A stretch of 63,789 nt of DNA, filler included, from Pirum gemmata (GCA_002812295.1; 22 parts of 22 records of this genome joined end to end with filler, not necessarily neighbours in it), one strand, 5' to 3'; shown: positions 50,492 to 62,784, counted from the whole stretch's first letter. A program made the numbers and translations. Notes: generated by a model from the sequence alone, not told the origin.

Positions 50492-51104
50492 TTAAGACCA
50501 TTCATCAACAACTTTAACACCCTCTGCTTCTATTGCTTCCAACAAAGGGTTGTACAAATCAGGAGTAAGAGGTGCCAAAATACCCGTTTTTGTAATTTTG
50601 CCTATATATAAACCAAAAACCAAACAAAGAACCAAAAAGAAAAGTAAGAAAATCACACACAAAACCACAAAAACCACAAATGACAGAAACTACAAATGAC
50701 AAAAACCACAAAAACCACAAAAACCACAAAAACCACAATCACAACTATAACTCCAACCACAAGTAAAACTATAACAATAAAAAAACCAAAACCAACAACC
50801 AAACCAAAAAACAGAAACAAAAAGTAAGAAAATCACAAAACATTAAAAACCACAAAAAACCAAAAAACCCACACAAAGCACAACAACTACAAATATAGAC
50901 ATAATATTAACATAATAACAACAATCATAAAAGTGGTTATAACTTACCATCCAAAATAAGTTGGGTTGCAATGCCACAAGGCATTCCTACCAATTTTGCC
51001 ATTGCTTGTTCCCCACCAGGTGTTCCATATTCACACAAACGTGTCCTCAAAGTTTCTCGTTTTCCATCTGCCCAATCAACAACAAACTTATGTTCCAACA
51101 ACAC
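50492..51104 (-). CDS. LYS9: Saccharopine dehydrogenase (L-glutamate-forming, LYS9-type), last two exons
   Basis: Exon 51104-50948 VLLEHKFVVDWADGKRETLRTRLCEYGTPGGEQAMAKLVGMPCGIATQLILD splices to exon 50601-50492 GKITKTGILAPLTPDLYNPLLEAIEAEGVKVVDEWS*. This matches the HKF.IEWADG / SAMA.TVG.P.AIA..LILDG / G.LAP motifs. It could also be the C-terminal domain of a fusion protein. Confidence 0.88.
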
Positions 51105-51297
51105 CTACAAAACCAAAAAAAAAAAGCAAAACATTAATTAAAATAACAAAAATAAATAAATTACAAATAAAGTAGACAACAGGAAATATCCAATAATAAC
51201 GATCACAACGAACACAATGACAACAGTACAAACAACAAAAATGCCTAACATTTTAACAACGACAACAACATTAACAACAACGACAACAACAACAGCG

Positions 51298-51335
<38 letters not shown>

Positions 51336-53012
51336 TATATGTCCATTATTATATATATTATTTATTAGTATTAAGATTGTAATTGTGGTTGTGGTTGCGG
51401 TTGTGGTTGTGGTTAATGTTGTTGTATTGGTTGTGTATTTTATTATTGGTATGGTTGTCGTGGTTGCTATGATTTTTATGATTATTGTGGTTGTTTTAAA
51501 TTTGTTTATAATATTTGTGAATGTGATTGTGTGGTTGTGGTTGTGGTTGTGGTTGTGATTATGATTGTGATTATGATTGTGGTTTGGGGTTGTGGTGGTT
51601 GTGGTTGTGGTACTTATTGTATACAATGGTTTTATTATGCACGTTGTTGTGGTTGTTGTGGTTGTTGTGGTTGTGGTTGTTGTGTTTGTGTTTGTTTATT
51701 GTGGTTGTATTTGCTGTGTTTGTTGTGTTTATATGTTTGTTTATTGTACATATACACATGTGGTTGTGTTTATTGCGATTATATTGTATGTGTGGATGTG
51801 GTTATGGTTGTGGTTGTGGTTGTGGTTGTGGTTGTGGTTGTGGTTGTGGTTTCAAATTGTGGTTATGGTTTTTGTTGTTGTTATTGTTGTTGTTGTTATA
51901 GTGGTGATGGTAGTTTGGGTCGTGGTTGTGTTTTAGGGATTAATCATAATAATTATAAAAATAATTATCATATTACAATATAAAATACGTTAAAATTAAC
52001 TTTTTTTTTTACCATCCAAACCATATACATTCGCCATATGTAGAGCTCAAAATCCAAAATCTTAAAATAATCCAATTTTAAAAAACATTACTACCAAATT
52101 ATACCAAATATTTTAACTAATAAAACTCTATTATGAATCAATGGCCAGTTTTTAAAAATTATTTGGCTATTTTTGTAAGGCTTTAGAAAAGAAGTCTAAA
52201 AAAAAAAAAAAAAGATTTCTAGTTTTATCTGGCTTGGCTGTTTAAAAAAAAAAAAAAAAAAAAAANNNNNNNNNNNNNNNNNNNNNNNNNNNNNNNNNNN
52301 NNNNNNNNNTTAATTAATTAANNNNNNNNNNNNNNNNNNNNNNNNNNNNNNNNNNNNNNNNNNNNTATTCGACATTCTAATAGAATGTCGAATATAACCG
52401 GATTTTTGCTATATATATATAGTAAAACTGTATACATACGTTTATAAGATAATGTTTACTATGATAGTTTACTTATTATAATAATAATTTTAATGTATCA
52501 TAGATTTTTTTTTTTTACCAAACCGAATAAAAATAGCGACATCCGCCCAAATATGAGCTCAAAAATCCAAAAAATCAGCTAGATCATAAACTGTAAACAG
52601 TTACAGTAATTTTTTAAAAGAAAATATAATAATAATAATAAATAAACAAAATTAGTATGAATGAAAAAGTATAAATAGTGATGTTTAATCTGGAAAATGT
52701 TGAAACAAAAAACATTACAACAACAACAATAATAATATCATAATAATAATTAATTAAAAAAACAAACAAACAAACAAACAAACAAACAAACAAACAGAAA
52801 AAACAAACAAACAAATTTAAACAAATAAATAAACCAACAAAAACAAAAATACAAAACGTATACATACATACATATATATATATATTAGTATATGTGTATA
52901 TAGGTAAAATTCAAAAATACAAAAAAATTAAAAAAGAAAAGGGAAAACAGTATTATTAATTAAAAATTAACATTACTCACAATTAATTAAAAATACTTCA
53001 AAATAATTAAGC

Positions 53013-53739
53013 ATGAAGTTTCAATATTTTTTCGTTGTACTTGTAATCATGTTTCTGAAGCAACTGGACGTTGTTTACGGTGTGAGTATTGGTACTAGTG
53101 CTGACATCAAGGTTACAGACAAGACAAAAACAGAACAAAGTCCTGATAGGAAACCAGTTGAAAGGTATATATCATATAATATTATCATAATAAATATAAA
53201 ATTATTATTGTTTCTTAATTATTATAATTAATATAATATATTCAAAATTATAATTACGCATTCATCACCACATTCATATTATATAATTAAAATTCGAATA
53301 TTAATATTCGAGATCAAATATATATTTATATAATAATAAATAATTCCTATCGCTATCTTTATATTCGTTTGTATGTATGGGTGGGTAGGCACCGGTACCA
53401 CGGTGGGTGGGTGGATGTGTGTGCGTTGTGTGTTTTTGTATTTGTAATAACAATAAGCAATAGAATTCTCTTCCGTTATTTTTATTCGTATTTTATAAAA
53501 AACTAATAATCATAATTATAATATTATATAACCAATTCATTAATAAAAGCAATAGCCAAAGACAACAACACAATACTATTAATATTCGTGAAAGGCGAGG
53601 ATATAGTAAATGCGTGAGAAAATGCGTTAACCCAACTTGCTATTTAATCCCTGGTGGACCTGGCGCAAATAACACATGCTTTGCTGGTTGTGAATCTAAA
53701 TGTGCTATCAAAAAAATTCCAGGTATTGGTAGAAGGTAG
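53013..53739 (+). CDS. Secreted prepropeptide yielding a 43-aa six-cysteine, putatively amidated peptide
   Basis: Exon 1 53013-53164 (MKFQYFFVVLVIMFLKQLDVVYGVSIGTSADIKVTDKTKTEQSPDRKPVE, donor AG|gtatat) and exon 2 53556-53739 (aatag|; alternative in-frame acceptor at 53550): SQRQQHNTINIRERR-GYSKCVRKCVNPTCYLIPGGPGANNTCFAGCESKCAIKKIPGI-GRR*. About 111 aa. Confidence 0.8.
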
Positions 53740-54066
53740 TTAGAAGGAACTTTAGAAGGTCTGCAGATAACTAAAAATATTTAAACTATCCTATTAATTA
53801 AAAGAAAACTATAAGCGATATAAGGAAACTGGTAGATAGTAATAAGGAAAGATAACGTTAACCCTCTCGATATCTTTGATTTGGTGCTGTGTAAGTGTAT
53901 AATTGAACTTGTTTATAAAATACAACATTAGTAAATAACAATTTGAAAATTAATCAAAACATATGCATGCCTGATATAGTTTTATCATAATAGTTCTATA
54001 ATAATAATTTAGTAACGGTTTAAATTTATTTCAGTTTTTGAACTGGATAAATTTAAAAAAAATGAA

Positions 54067-54178
54067 AATATTCGTGAAAGGTACACGTGAGCTCGAGGAA
54101 CCTACAGTTATGATAGTTTACAAATCCAAGGTTGTGAATCTAAATGTCCTATCGAAAAATTCCTAGTAAAAGGTAGAA
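54067..54178 (+). pseudogene. Decayed partial duplicate of the peptide gene exon 2
   Basis: Retains AATATTCGTGAAAGG (NIRER) and GGTTGTGAATCTAAATGT.CTATC.AAAAA.TTCC...GGTAGAA (GCESKC.I.K); the middle is replaced and an in-frame TGA follows NIRERYT. Confidence 0.7.
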
Positions 54179-54576
54179 CAAAAGAAAAAGAACAAGATAA
54201 AATAAGTATATAATACCAAAAGAAACCGAAAGGCCTGTCAGATTCCTCTCTTTCAACAATCAATAAACTACTATAACAATAGCCAACGCTCCTTTGGTAC
54301 CCACAATCACAATCACAACTGATGCATATGGCGTGACATCCAATCACAACTTTAACCAACACAACAATACCAATATTATGTGCCAGTGTTACTGGTGTAG
54401 AAATACTGTTAATACAAACACAGCAACCACCACAACAACCAGAAACCACCAGCTGATGATGGGCAATATTAATATCAAATGAATGCAAAAAAACAAAATT
54501 AAAAACTATAAAACAATAAAATAATGTATATATAATAAAAAATTAGTGTAGAATTTATAATTAATAATAATAATTT

Positions 54577-54645
<69 letters not shown>

Positions 54646-54930
54646 AATCAGACTAGTGAAATTAAAAACCAATAAATACTTGGTCAAATTATTATTTTTG
54701 TCCTTATATGATTATTATAATTATTACTATTATTATTGTTATTGCTGCTGTTGTTGTTGTTAAATTGTTGTTATTATTCTTGTTATTATTATTGTTGTTG
54801 TTTCTATATTCTTACCAACTTATTAATTATTCTGAGCTCAATGGAATATTTATATGAAAAAATGGTTTCCACCAACAACCTCGATCATTATTTAAAAACC
54901 AATGAATTACGCATATTTTATATTATTTTG

Positions 54931-54971
<41 letters not shown>

Positions 54972-55954
54972 GTACAATATTGTATTCTATTTATTGTATT
55001 ATATAGTCAAGTANTATTTATTATTATTATTATTATTATATTAATATGTAATATAATTATATGGTAATTACTATTAATATTAATAATGGTATTGTATCAT
55101 AATTTATATTATAATAATTATATGCTTGTGTAAAATAGTGTAAAGCAGATCGCAGAAAGTATACAGAAAAATATTTCTCTGTTTTTCTTAGGACTTTATC
55201 AATAAATCGTTAGATTAAAATTAAAATGATAATTAGTATCCACAGAATGAAAGGAGGTATTAATAATACGGAGTTCGCTTTTGTATTATTATCTTCTGAC
55301 TCTTCTGATCATTGCTTTTAATTGATAACTATAATATATAGATGGTCTATTAATACATACGAATCTTATGATAGCTGTTTTTAACACTATCACAATAATC
55401 ACGATAACGTTAACATTACTTTTAATAATATGATAATGTTACAAACTGTGTTACAAATGATAAAATTAAGGATGACTGAGATGAGAGCAATTGGCAATCA
55501 GAGTCAAGATTTTACAAGGAGCCCAATTAATAAGGTTTTGACTTACAGGGTTAGAATGTGTTAGCTAGGGTTTGGTTATGACTTAGGTAGCTCTTAGGTT
55601 GTTAGAGAAAATTATATTTACGCTTTTATTATAGACACTTTTGATATGCGATATAAATACTAATGCAAGGTCTGTCTTACCCTCTGTAGAACTCTCGGTA
55701 TCAATCTATTGAATCTGACTGAATCTAATACTCTAGAAGTAGATCCTTGGTAGTATACTGTATATCGGGTAGTCTAATATTCGCAGATGGGGAGTTATAT
55801 AAAATCATTTTTTTTATTTTTATTTATTTTTTTTTTTTTTTTTTTTTTATTTTTNNNNNNNNNNNNNNNNNNNNNNNNNNNNNNNNNNNNNNNNNNNNTT
55901 AATTAATTAANNNNNNNNNNNNNNNNNNNNNNNNNNNNNNNNNNNNNNNNNNNN

Positions 55955-56205
55955 GTTATGGTTATGGTTAGGGTTTAGGGTTAGGGTTAGGGGTTAGTGT
56001 TAAAGGGTTTTGGTTTTGGTTAGAGCTAGGGTTAAGGTTGGGGGGTAGTGTAGTGTTAAGGGTTAAAAGGGTTAGGGGAAGGGGGTTAGGAGGACTAGGG
56101 CTTAAAGCTAATGATTAGGGTTAGAGCTTAGAGTTAGGTCCAGGGTTAAGGATCCCGGATTCAGGTTTAGGGTCAGGGCTTTTGGTTTTGGTTTTGCTTA
56201 GGTTT
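55955..56205. repeat. Degenerate TTAGGG-like array at contig start
   Basis: GGGTTA, GGTTAT and GGTTTT hexamers. Confidence 0.8.
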
Positions 56206-57287
56206 TTTGGGAATAAATTACTACTTGGTGAAGTTGATACCCATTTGAAAATGGCTGCTGGTTGCTGGTTGCATTTTTTAAGCAAAAAACTCAAAAATTG
56301 CAGTGAAACTCGGAGAAATAATTGCTTTTTGAAATTTATAGTTTGAAAGCCCCGTGAAGTTCGAAATTATTTAAAATTGTTAAAAAATGTTTGATAAATA
56401 TATATCGTAAATGAATGAGTTCCGTTCAAAAAACTCGAAGCTGCAAGTTTTTGAACATGCAACTATCGGGGAGGCTTACATATCCTGATAATCCTAAAGT
56501 TGGTGAAGGAAACTTGGTATATATTACAATAATAGGTGAAGTATATAAAACACAGATAAAAACAAGCTTAATAATAATAATGCGGGAAAACAAAAACATA
56601 CTGCGTGTAAGGACGACACTAATTCGTTTACTTTTTGCCCAAGAACTTTTTAATATTTAGCAAGAAATCTCAAGGAAAAGGTTAAATAGATGACGTCACT
56701 ATAATATTTTTTTTACTATGTGCGAGGTAGGTCGAGGAAAATATGAGTTTTTATTATTATTTGGAAATATTTGTAAGGAATGAGATGAGTAATGGCATAC
56801 ATATCAATCAACTTTTATTTCAAATATGGTAATATATAGTAATATAATTAATTTAAAAAAAGCCCTATTTTCCCTATTTTCCTTTGGGTATACGCACCTC
56901 GTGCGTTGGGACCTCGTGCGTAGGATTATTTTTATTTTTATTTTTATTTTTATAGTAATAACGTAGTAGTAGCCTCTTACTTACGACTTCTTCTATTTAG
57001 TTTAATTACCTAATAGTGACCAATGTTATAGCAGGTCTCGAGTAATAGTGCAAGTTGCAAAGCGTGAAGCAACCACTAAATATACTTCATTATAATCACG
57101 TAGGTATAAATGAAAAGAAATTAAGTTTTTTGGGTGCTACTACCTGGTGGACATATATATCTTGGTATATTACACATAACTGGAATATGAAGGTCTAAAA
57201 TTTTAATTTAAAAGGCCATATATCCCATATTAATATATCTACATTAAATAAAAATAAAAATTACTAGTTTAATTTGTATGATAATAT

Positions 57288-57750
57288 GTTGGCTATATAT
57301 TATAAAGCGCTCTAAGTATAAATCAATCTAATACCCCCGGCAAGTACCATCAGCGTAGTCTAATTGGAGTCTTTTAAGTATTTCTTTCCTTTCCAGAGGG
57401 AAATATTTAGCTTTTGACTTTACTATTATGTTTGTGTATTAGGGCTTTCAAGGTCTTCATTATCATCATTATCATTGTCCTTTTCAACTAGTTACGTTTA
57501 AACATTCAGAAAAGTTTGTATAACTACAGATATATTTGAAATTATAAGGGAAAAAGAAATAGTGTTTTCGAGATAGCTGTCTTTTTTGCCTCACGACATC
57601 CCTCTTTGTAACCAACTGGGATTGGTAATTTATAACGCACTTAAGCTAAGCATGACATTAATCCATTTCCTCGTCAAGTACCATCCGGGTGGTCTAATCG
57701 GGACCTTCTAGGCTTTTAGGTACTTCTTTCATTTCCAGAGAGAAATATTA
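57288..57750 (-). pseudogene. Two decayed tandem duplicates of the kinase gene 3' end
   Basis: 57430-57750 aligns with 57770-58105 and 57288-57420 aligns with about 57980-58118 (shared AAAGCGCTCTAAG, AGTACCATC, AAGTATTTCTTTC, AAATATTTAG), with frameshifts. Confidence 0.75.
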
Positions 57751-57765
57751 CGGTTGACTACATCA

Positions 57766-58316
57766 TTATATTGGTGTATTAGAATTTTCAAGATCTTCCT
57801 TATCACCATTATCATTATCTTTAGCAGTTATGTTTAAGTTTACAAAATTTTCAGAAAGGTTTACATCATAATTGCCAGTATCTTCTTCAAATACATTTGA
57901 AATTATAGGAGAAGGAGAAAAGTGTGTTTGTAATTGCTGTCTTTTTTGTCTATACGCCTTCCCTCTTCGCAACCTACCGGGGTTGGCAATAAAGCGCTCT
58001 AAGCATGAGATCAATCCATTTTCACCATCGAGTACCATCCGAGTGGTCCAGTCGTTATCTTCTAAGCTTTCAAGTATTTCTTTCATTTCCCGACAAAAAT
58101 ATTTAGATTTCGACTTTGATCGTTTTGCACTGAATTTTGGGTCCAACTCAAGGTCGGTTTTTGACAGAAAGTCTTTCATGACTTTACCTAGCGCATAGAC
58201 ATCGCTAGCCATCAACTGCGCAGCGCATACTTTTCCGTTTGCCCCCCGCTGCCTTCTCGTAATTTCTGGAGCTATATATCCGGGAGTGCCACAAACACGT
58301 AGTTCATACCTTTCCT
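57766..58316 (-). CDS. Ser/Thr protein kinase, terminal exon (subdomains VIII-XI and tail)
   Basis: Acceptor tatatag| at 58317. ERYELRVCGTPGYIAPEITRR...QLMASDVYALGKVMKDFL...LESLEDNDWTTRM contains GTPGYIAPE, SDVYALG and a subdomain-XI Arg. Confidence 0.85.
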
Positions 58317-58403
58317 CTATATAACCATTTTATGTATAATATATAAAGTTTATTAATTAAATAGTAGTAGGTAATAATAAGTAGTAGTAGAAGTAGTAAG
58401 TAG

Positions 58404-58459
<56 letters not shown>

Positions 58460-59564
58460 GTTTGTAGTAATAGTAGTAATAGTAGTAGTAGTAGTAGTNN
58501 NNNNNNNNNNNNNNNNNNNNNNNNNNNNNNNNNNNNNNNNNNTTAATTAATTAANNNNNNNNNNNNNNNNNNNNNNNNNNNNNNNNNNNNNNNNNNNNAT
58601 ATTGTATTAATTTGGTACTATTTATTGTATATTTTATGACGACAAAATATAACTAAAAATATATACATAGTAGGAGCTATCTAAAAATGTCCTACTTTTT
58701 TTTACTATGATATAATTGATATTATCATAATAATAATATCATTGTTTTTTAAAAAAGCACTACCTTTTTTTGTTTATGTTCGAAAATTTCAAATCTATTA
58801 AATACCTATTATTACATTACTTATATTCGAACATTTAAAATTCTAGTGAAACCCAAACATAGAATAATATTATACTAAAATATTATCATTTTAAATAATT
58901 TTTAAAAAATATGGTAAAGATAATGTAAAGATAGTGTGGTGAGTCACACTGGTGACTTAGTAAAAAATCTGAAGATGGAAAAATCTGAAGATAGAATTGA
59001 ATCTAGAAGGGCATTTTTGTCAACTAATGTATCTAGATTGGTACTTTTAGACTTTAAAACCATCGTTTGAATCGATATTTTTTTTTTAATCCTTTATTTT
59101 TCTCAAAAAAAAAATGTGTATCCAGATGTCGATTGAAGAGTTTGAAATACCAATATAGATGCCTTAGTTTACACTGTGAGTACAGGCCTGTGAGCACCCC
59201 TCACACTAAACTAACCCTAACCCTAACCCTAACTAACCCCATTTAATTTTATGGGTAGAATATTAAAGTTTAGGTCAAATTTGAACAAAATATTATTTTA
59301 TATCACCCATACTTCACCCCTTTAGGGCGAGGGGTGAAGTGGAAGGCTATTCGACTACTATTCGCCACTTCGTAGTTAACATAAATAGTATTTATATAGC
59401 TATAAATAGTAGCTACTGTTTTTAAAAGCTTCTAGTAATAGTAGCTATTATACTATTTAAAGTAATTTTAATCACAAAAATTTCATTTTGGCGAACTTTT
59501 GGTACCAGAGCCTTCAATTAGTAAAATGACGTCATCTCATCCCTCCTGTTTCAGCAGTGTTTCA

Positions 59565-60045
59565 GCTTAATTTTATGACGTAATGTTTAATTTACAAAAT
59601 ATCAACCCACACTATTTACAATGTGGTTTAAATACTAATTCCTACACTATTTACAATTTTTTGTAGGATAAATTTACCCACACTATTTTCGAATTTTATT
59701 CTATCGATTTTTCTTACACTTTAAGCTTAATTTTATGACGTAATGTTTAATTTACAAAATATCAACCCACACTATTTACAATGTACTTTAAATATTTGAT
59801 AAATCAACCTTCACCAGCCCCTACACTATTTACAATTTTTTGTCAGGATAAATGAACATATAGATAAATGAACTCACGCTATTTACAAATTTTATTTAAT
59901 CGATTTTTTGAATTACGCAATATAGGTTTCAGTTTAATTTTATGACGTAATATTTAATTTACAAAATATCAACCCACACTATTTACAATATTGTTCCTAC
60001 ACCCACACTATTTACAATGTGGTTTAAATATTGTTCCTACACTTT
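59565..60045. repeat. Complex tandem repeat with CACACTATTTACAA subunits
   Basis: Three copies of TTAATTTTATGACGTAAT.TTTAATTTACAAAATATCAACCCACACTATTTACAAT (near 59567, 59727, 59933) plus extra ACACTATTTACAA subunits. Confidence 0.85.
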
Positions 60046-61467
60046 TTAGGCTTTTTAGGATCGATTTTTCTTTCTCTGATCTTTTTCTCAGTTTTTTATA
60101 GAAGACATTTAAGCTCGGTTCGAAAAAAAATAAAGCTGAGTTTTTTGTTGTTTTTGGTGTTCCCTTATTGGTGCATATAAAATGGGTAGCTTGTGGTTGG
60201 CTGTTCAAATTTTTTTTTTTTTAAAAAAAAAAAAAATTAAATAAAGCGTACCAAATTAATACAATATAATTTAATTTGGTATATTTTATTATCTATTTAT
60301 TAATTTAAAAATAACAATTTAAATATTATAACATACCAAATAAATATTCAGAGTGACAAAATCCAAAATAAATCAAATGATCGAATTTTTAAATTTTTTT
60401 GATCTTTTTTGTTATAAATAAAATAGATCGAACATTCGACTTGGCCGATTTTGAAACTTTGGTTATTTTATTTTTTTTCCTGTTTTCTATTTCCAGGAGG
60501 ATAGACCCCTATTCTGGCAGAGTTTACCGGGTTAAGGCCGTTAAGGATAAGGTTAAAAGGGGGGAGTTAAGCGGGTTATGAAATTATAAATCAATTAAAA
60601 TTCGATTCGAAAATATTTAGAAAGAACCTTGATTATGTAACTGAAAAAAAATAATTTATCATAAAAATAAAAATAAAAATTTGTGCTTTTGTGCCTGACC
60701 TAAAAAAGATTCTTTGGTGGTGATTCTATTCCCTTTTTTTGGTATCTTAAAAATTATTATTGGCTTTTTTTATATTTATATATTAATATTAAAATCTACC
60801 AAATTATTTAAATGGATGCAAATTAAAGGGTTATAACTGTAATTTGGTAGTTTTTATTTAGATGACAAAATAAAAGGCAAGGAAAAAAAGATAAAAAAAG
60901 TATTTACATACATGAAAAAAAGTTAAAAAATAATAATAGACTAATAATAATAATAAAAAGTTTTGATACTAACGATACTTATACACAATAATAGAATAAA
61001 TACATAAACACACAAATTACACAAATACATAAATAAATAAATAAATAAATGAATAAATAAATGAATAAATAAATGAATAAATGAATAAATGAATAAAATG
61101 AAATGAATAAATGAATAAATAAATGAATAAATGAATAAATGAATANNNNNNNNNNNNNNNNNNNNNNNNNNNNNNNNNNNNNNNNNNNNTTAATTAATTA
61201 ANNNNNNNNNNNNNNNNNNNNNNNNNNNNNNNNNNNNNNNNNNNNTTAATTAATTTGATATTTTATATAGTAATTTTATATTTATAAAAAAGTTCAATTA
61301 TACAATTGAACGGTACCAAATTAAAGATAGAAAGGACAACTGTAATGAAATAGACGATACATGATATTCTACATTAGCTACTAGCTAGCTAGTGATATCC
61401 GAATACTAGCTAGTATCCGAATAGTGATATCGATATGATAGCTTGGCTGGCTTTGGCTGGCTCTACT

Positions 61468-61522
61468 CCTAACCCCCTAACCCTAACCCTAACCCTAACC
61501 CTAACCCTAACCCTAACCCCTA
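61468..61522. repeat. Interstitial (CCCTAA)n
   Basis: About eight telomere-type hexamers. Confidence 0.9.
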
Positions 61523-61619
61523 GTACCCAGCTCTAGCTTAGTAGTGTCTAGTAGTGGCGGATGCAGTGGAGCGCTGCTCGGCCTGAGGCTGCTCGGCTGG
61601 GCTCCACATTTGACCCTAA

Positions 61620-61759
61620 GGGAGCTATGTAACGCCAATTTCCGGTCAAATACAGCTTCGAATACCCCTATCTACCTACCCCCTCGACGATAATTTCTGG
61701 TCAAACAAATACCACCTACTTACCCACCCCTTGACGTGACGTATTATTTGAACGCTCCC
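61620..61759. mobile_element. MITE family C (PIF/Harbinger-like) with TAA TSD
   Basis: TAA|GGGAGC...GCTCCC|TAA. Confidence 0.82.
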
Positions 61760-62049
61760 TAACTAGCCATTTGGCCCTGTCGGTCTACCATTTGAGCCAA
61801 CCAATGGGTATGATAGAACGGCGTATGATAGTAGAACCATACTCTAGCTAGCTAGTAGAACTGTAGAACCATAAAAACTAGAGCCCATAAAAAACAAATC
61901 CAGAAGAAAAAATTCTTTTATAAAATTTTGCAACCAATCTTCAAACAGTATCAAATCCTTATAAAGACTTTACTACTTACTACTACCCTAGCTAGTACTA
62001 CTACCGGTAGTAGGACTTGACTCTATGGACTTTACTAGTAGTGGTAAAT

Positions 62050-62282
62050 AGTAGGGGTGAGATATCTACTGGAACTTTTTTCGAACAGGTGCTTATCGAG
62101 CCAACCTTAGTTCCGTGTTTCTTACTAATAATAGCAGTTAAATAGCTTAAACAGTAAATCTAATTATGGTAGATACCAATTAAAGCAATCTTATTAACAT
62201 TAATAGTAATAAAAACCATGAAAATCGGAAAAGTTCTGGCGGCTGTTCGGTAATAATAAAATGACGTCATCTCACCCCTACT
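62050..62282. mobile_element. MITE family B copy
   Basis: TIRs AGTAGGGGTGAGAT / ATCTCACCCCTACT; flanks TGGTAAAT / CGGTAAAT (7 of 8 match). Confidence 0.88.
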
Positions 62283-62350
62283 CGGTAAATAATAAGATAT
62301 CGACTGAAGATATCGATAAAAGTATCATAAGATAATTATGAATAATATTA

Positions 62351-62490
62351 GGGAGTGTTCAAATACTACGTAATGCCAATTTCCAGTCAAATACAGCTTC
62401 AAAATACCCCTATCTACCTACCCCTCTAAAGGTTAATTTCTGGTCAAATACCACCTACGTACCTACCCCTTGACGTGACGTATTATTTGG
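62351..62490. mobile_element. MITE family C copy, right end truncated
   Basis: TTA|GGGAGTGTTCAAATACTACGTAA...TTGACGTGACGTATTATTTG. Confidence 0.75.
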
Positions 62491-62522
62491 TATGATATCG
62501 ACTTTTTTATTCAGACTTTTTA

Positions 62523-62707
62523 TTGTGCTTTTCATTTATTTTGTCAATCCGAATATTTATTTGGAGGGTTATAAACTTTAAATTGACATTTTTAAATCAA
62601 TACATAGATAATAAAATATACCAAATTAAATGAAATGGATTTATATTGTATTAATTTGGTACTATTTATTGTTTATTTTATGACGACAAAATAAATGAAA
62701 AGCACGA
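62523..62707. mobile_element. MITE family A, cleanest copy (Tc1/mariner-type TA TSD)
   Basis: TA|TTGTGCTTTTCATTTATTTTGTC...GACAAAATAAATGAAAAGCACGA|TA. At least 15 full or partial copies in the window, including 20365, 23341, 26921, 32375, 42025, 44651, 58599 and 60250. Confidence 0.88.
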
Positions 62708-62784
62708 TAATTTTTAAAAAACCATTTTGAAGACGAACACAAAGACTCACAGTCACACAGATCTGAAGTAGTCTAGCTAGTCTC

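Noticed and set aside
51138..51983. Cys-rich metallothionein-like and other homopolymer ORFs (also 1520-2008, 7698-8028, 12497-12822, 13302-13647, 24684-25485, 35222-35857, 39929-40393)
   Set aside because: Translations of intronic or intergenic tri- and hexanucleotide microsatellites.
54108..54488. 126-aa Cys-containing minus-strand ORF
   Set aside because: It starts at TTG, partly overlaps the decayed duplicate in antisense, has no recognisable motif, and its cysteines come from TGT/GTT-rich low-complexity DNA.
59500..59512. TGGTACCAGAGCC resembling a tRNA-iMet primer-binding site
   Set aside because: It has a mismatch, no preceding LTR end (CA) and no downstream gag.
2573..61245. Regularly spaced identical TTAATTAATTAA motifs, and any gene cluster formed by neighbouring genes
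   Set aside because: These are artificial six-frame-stop linkers between unrelated contigs, so co-location of SC5D, LYS9, ABCG and the others carries no biological information.
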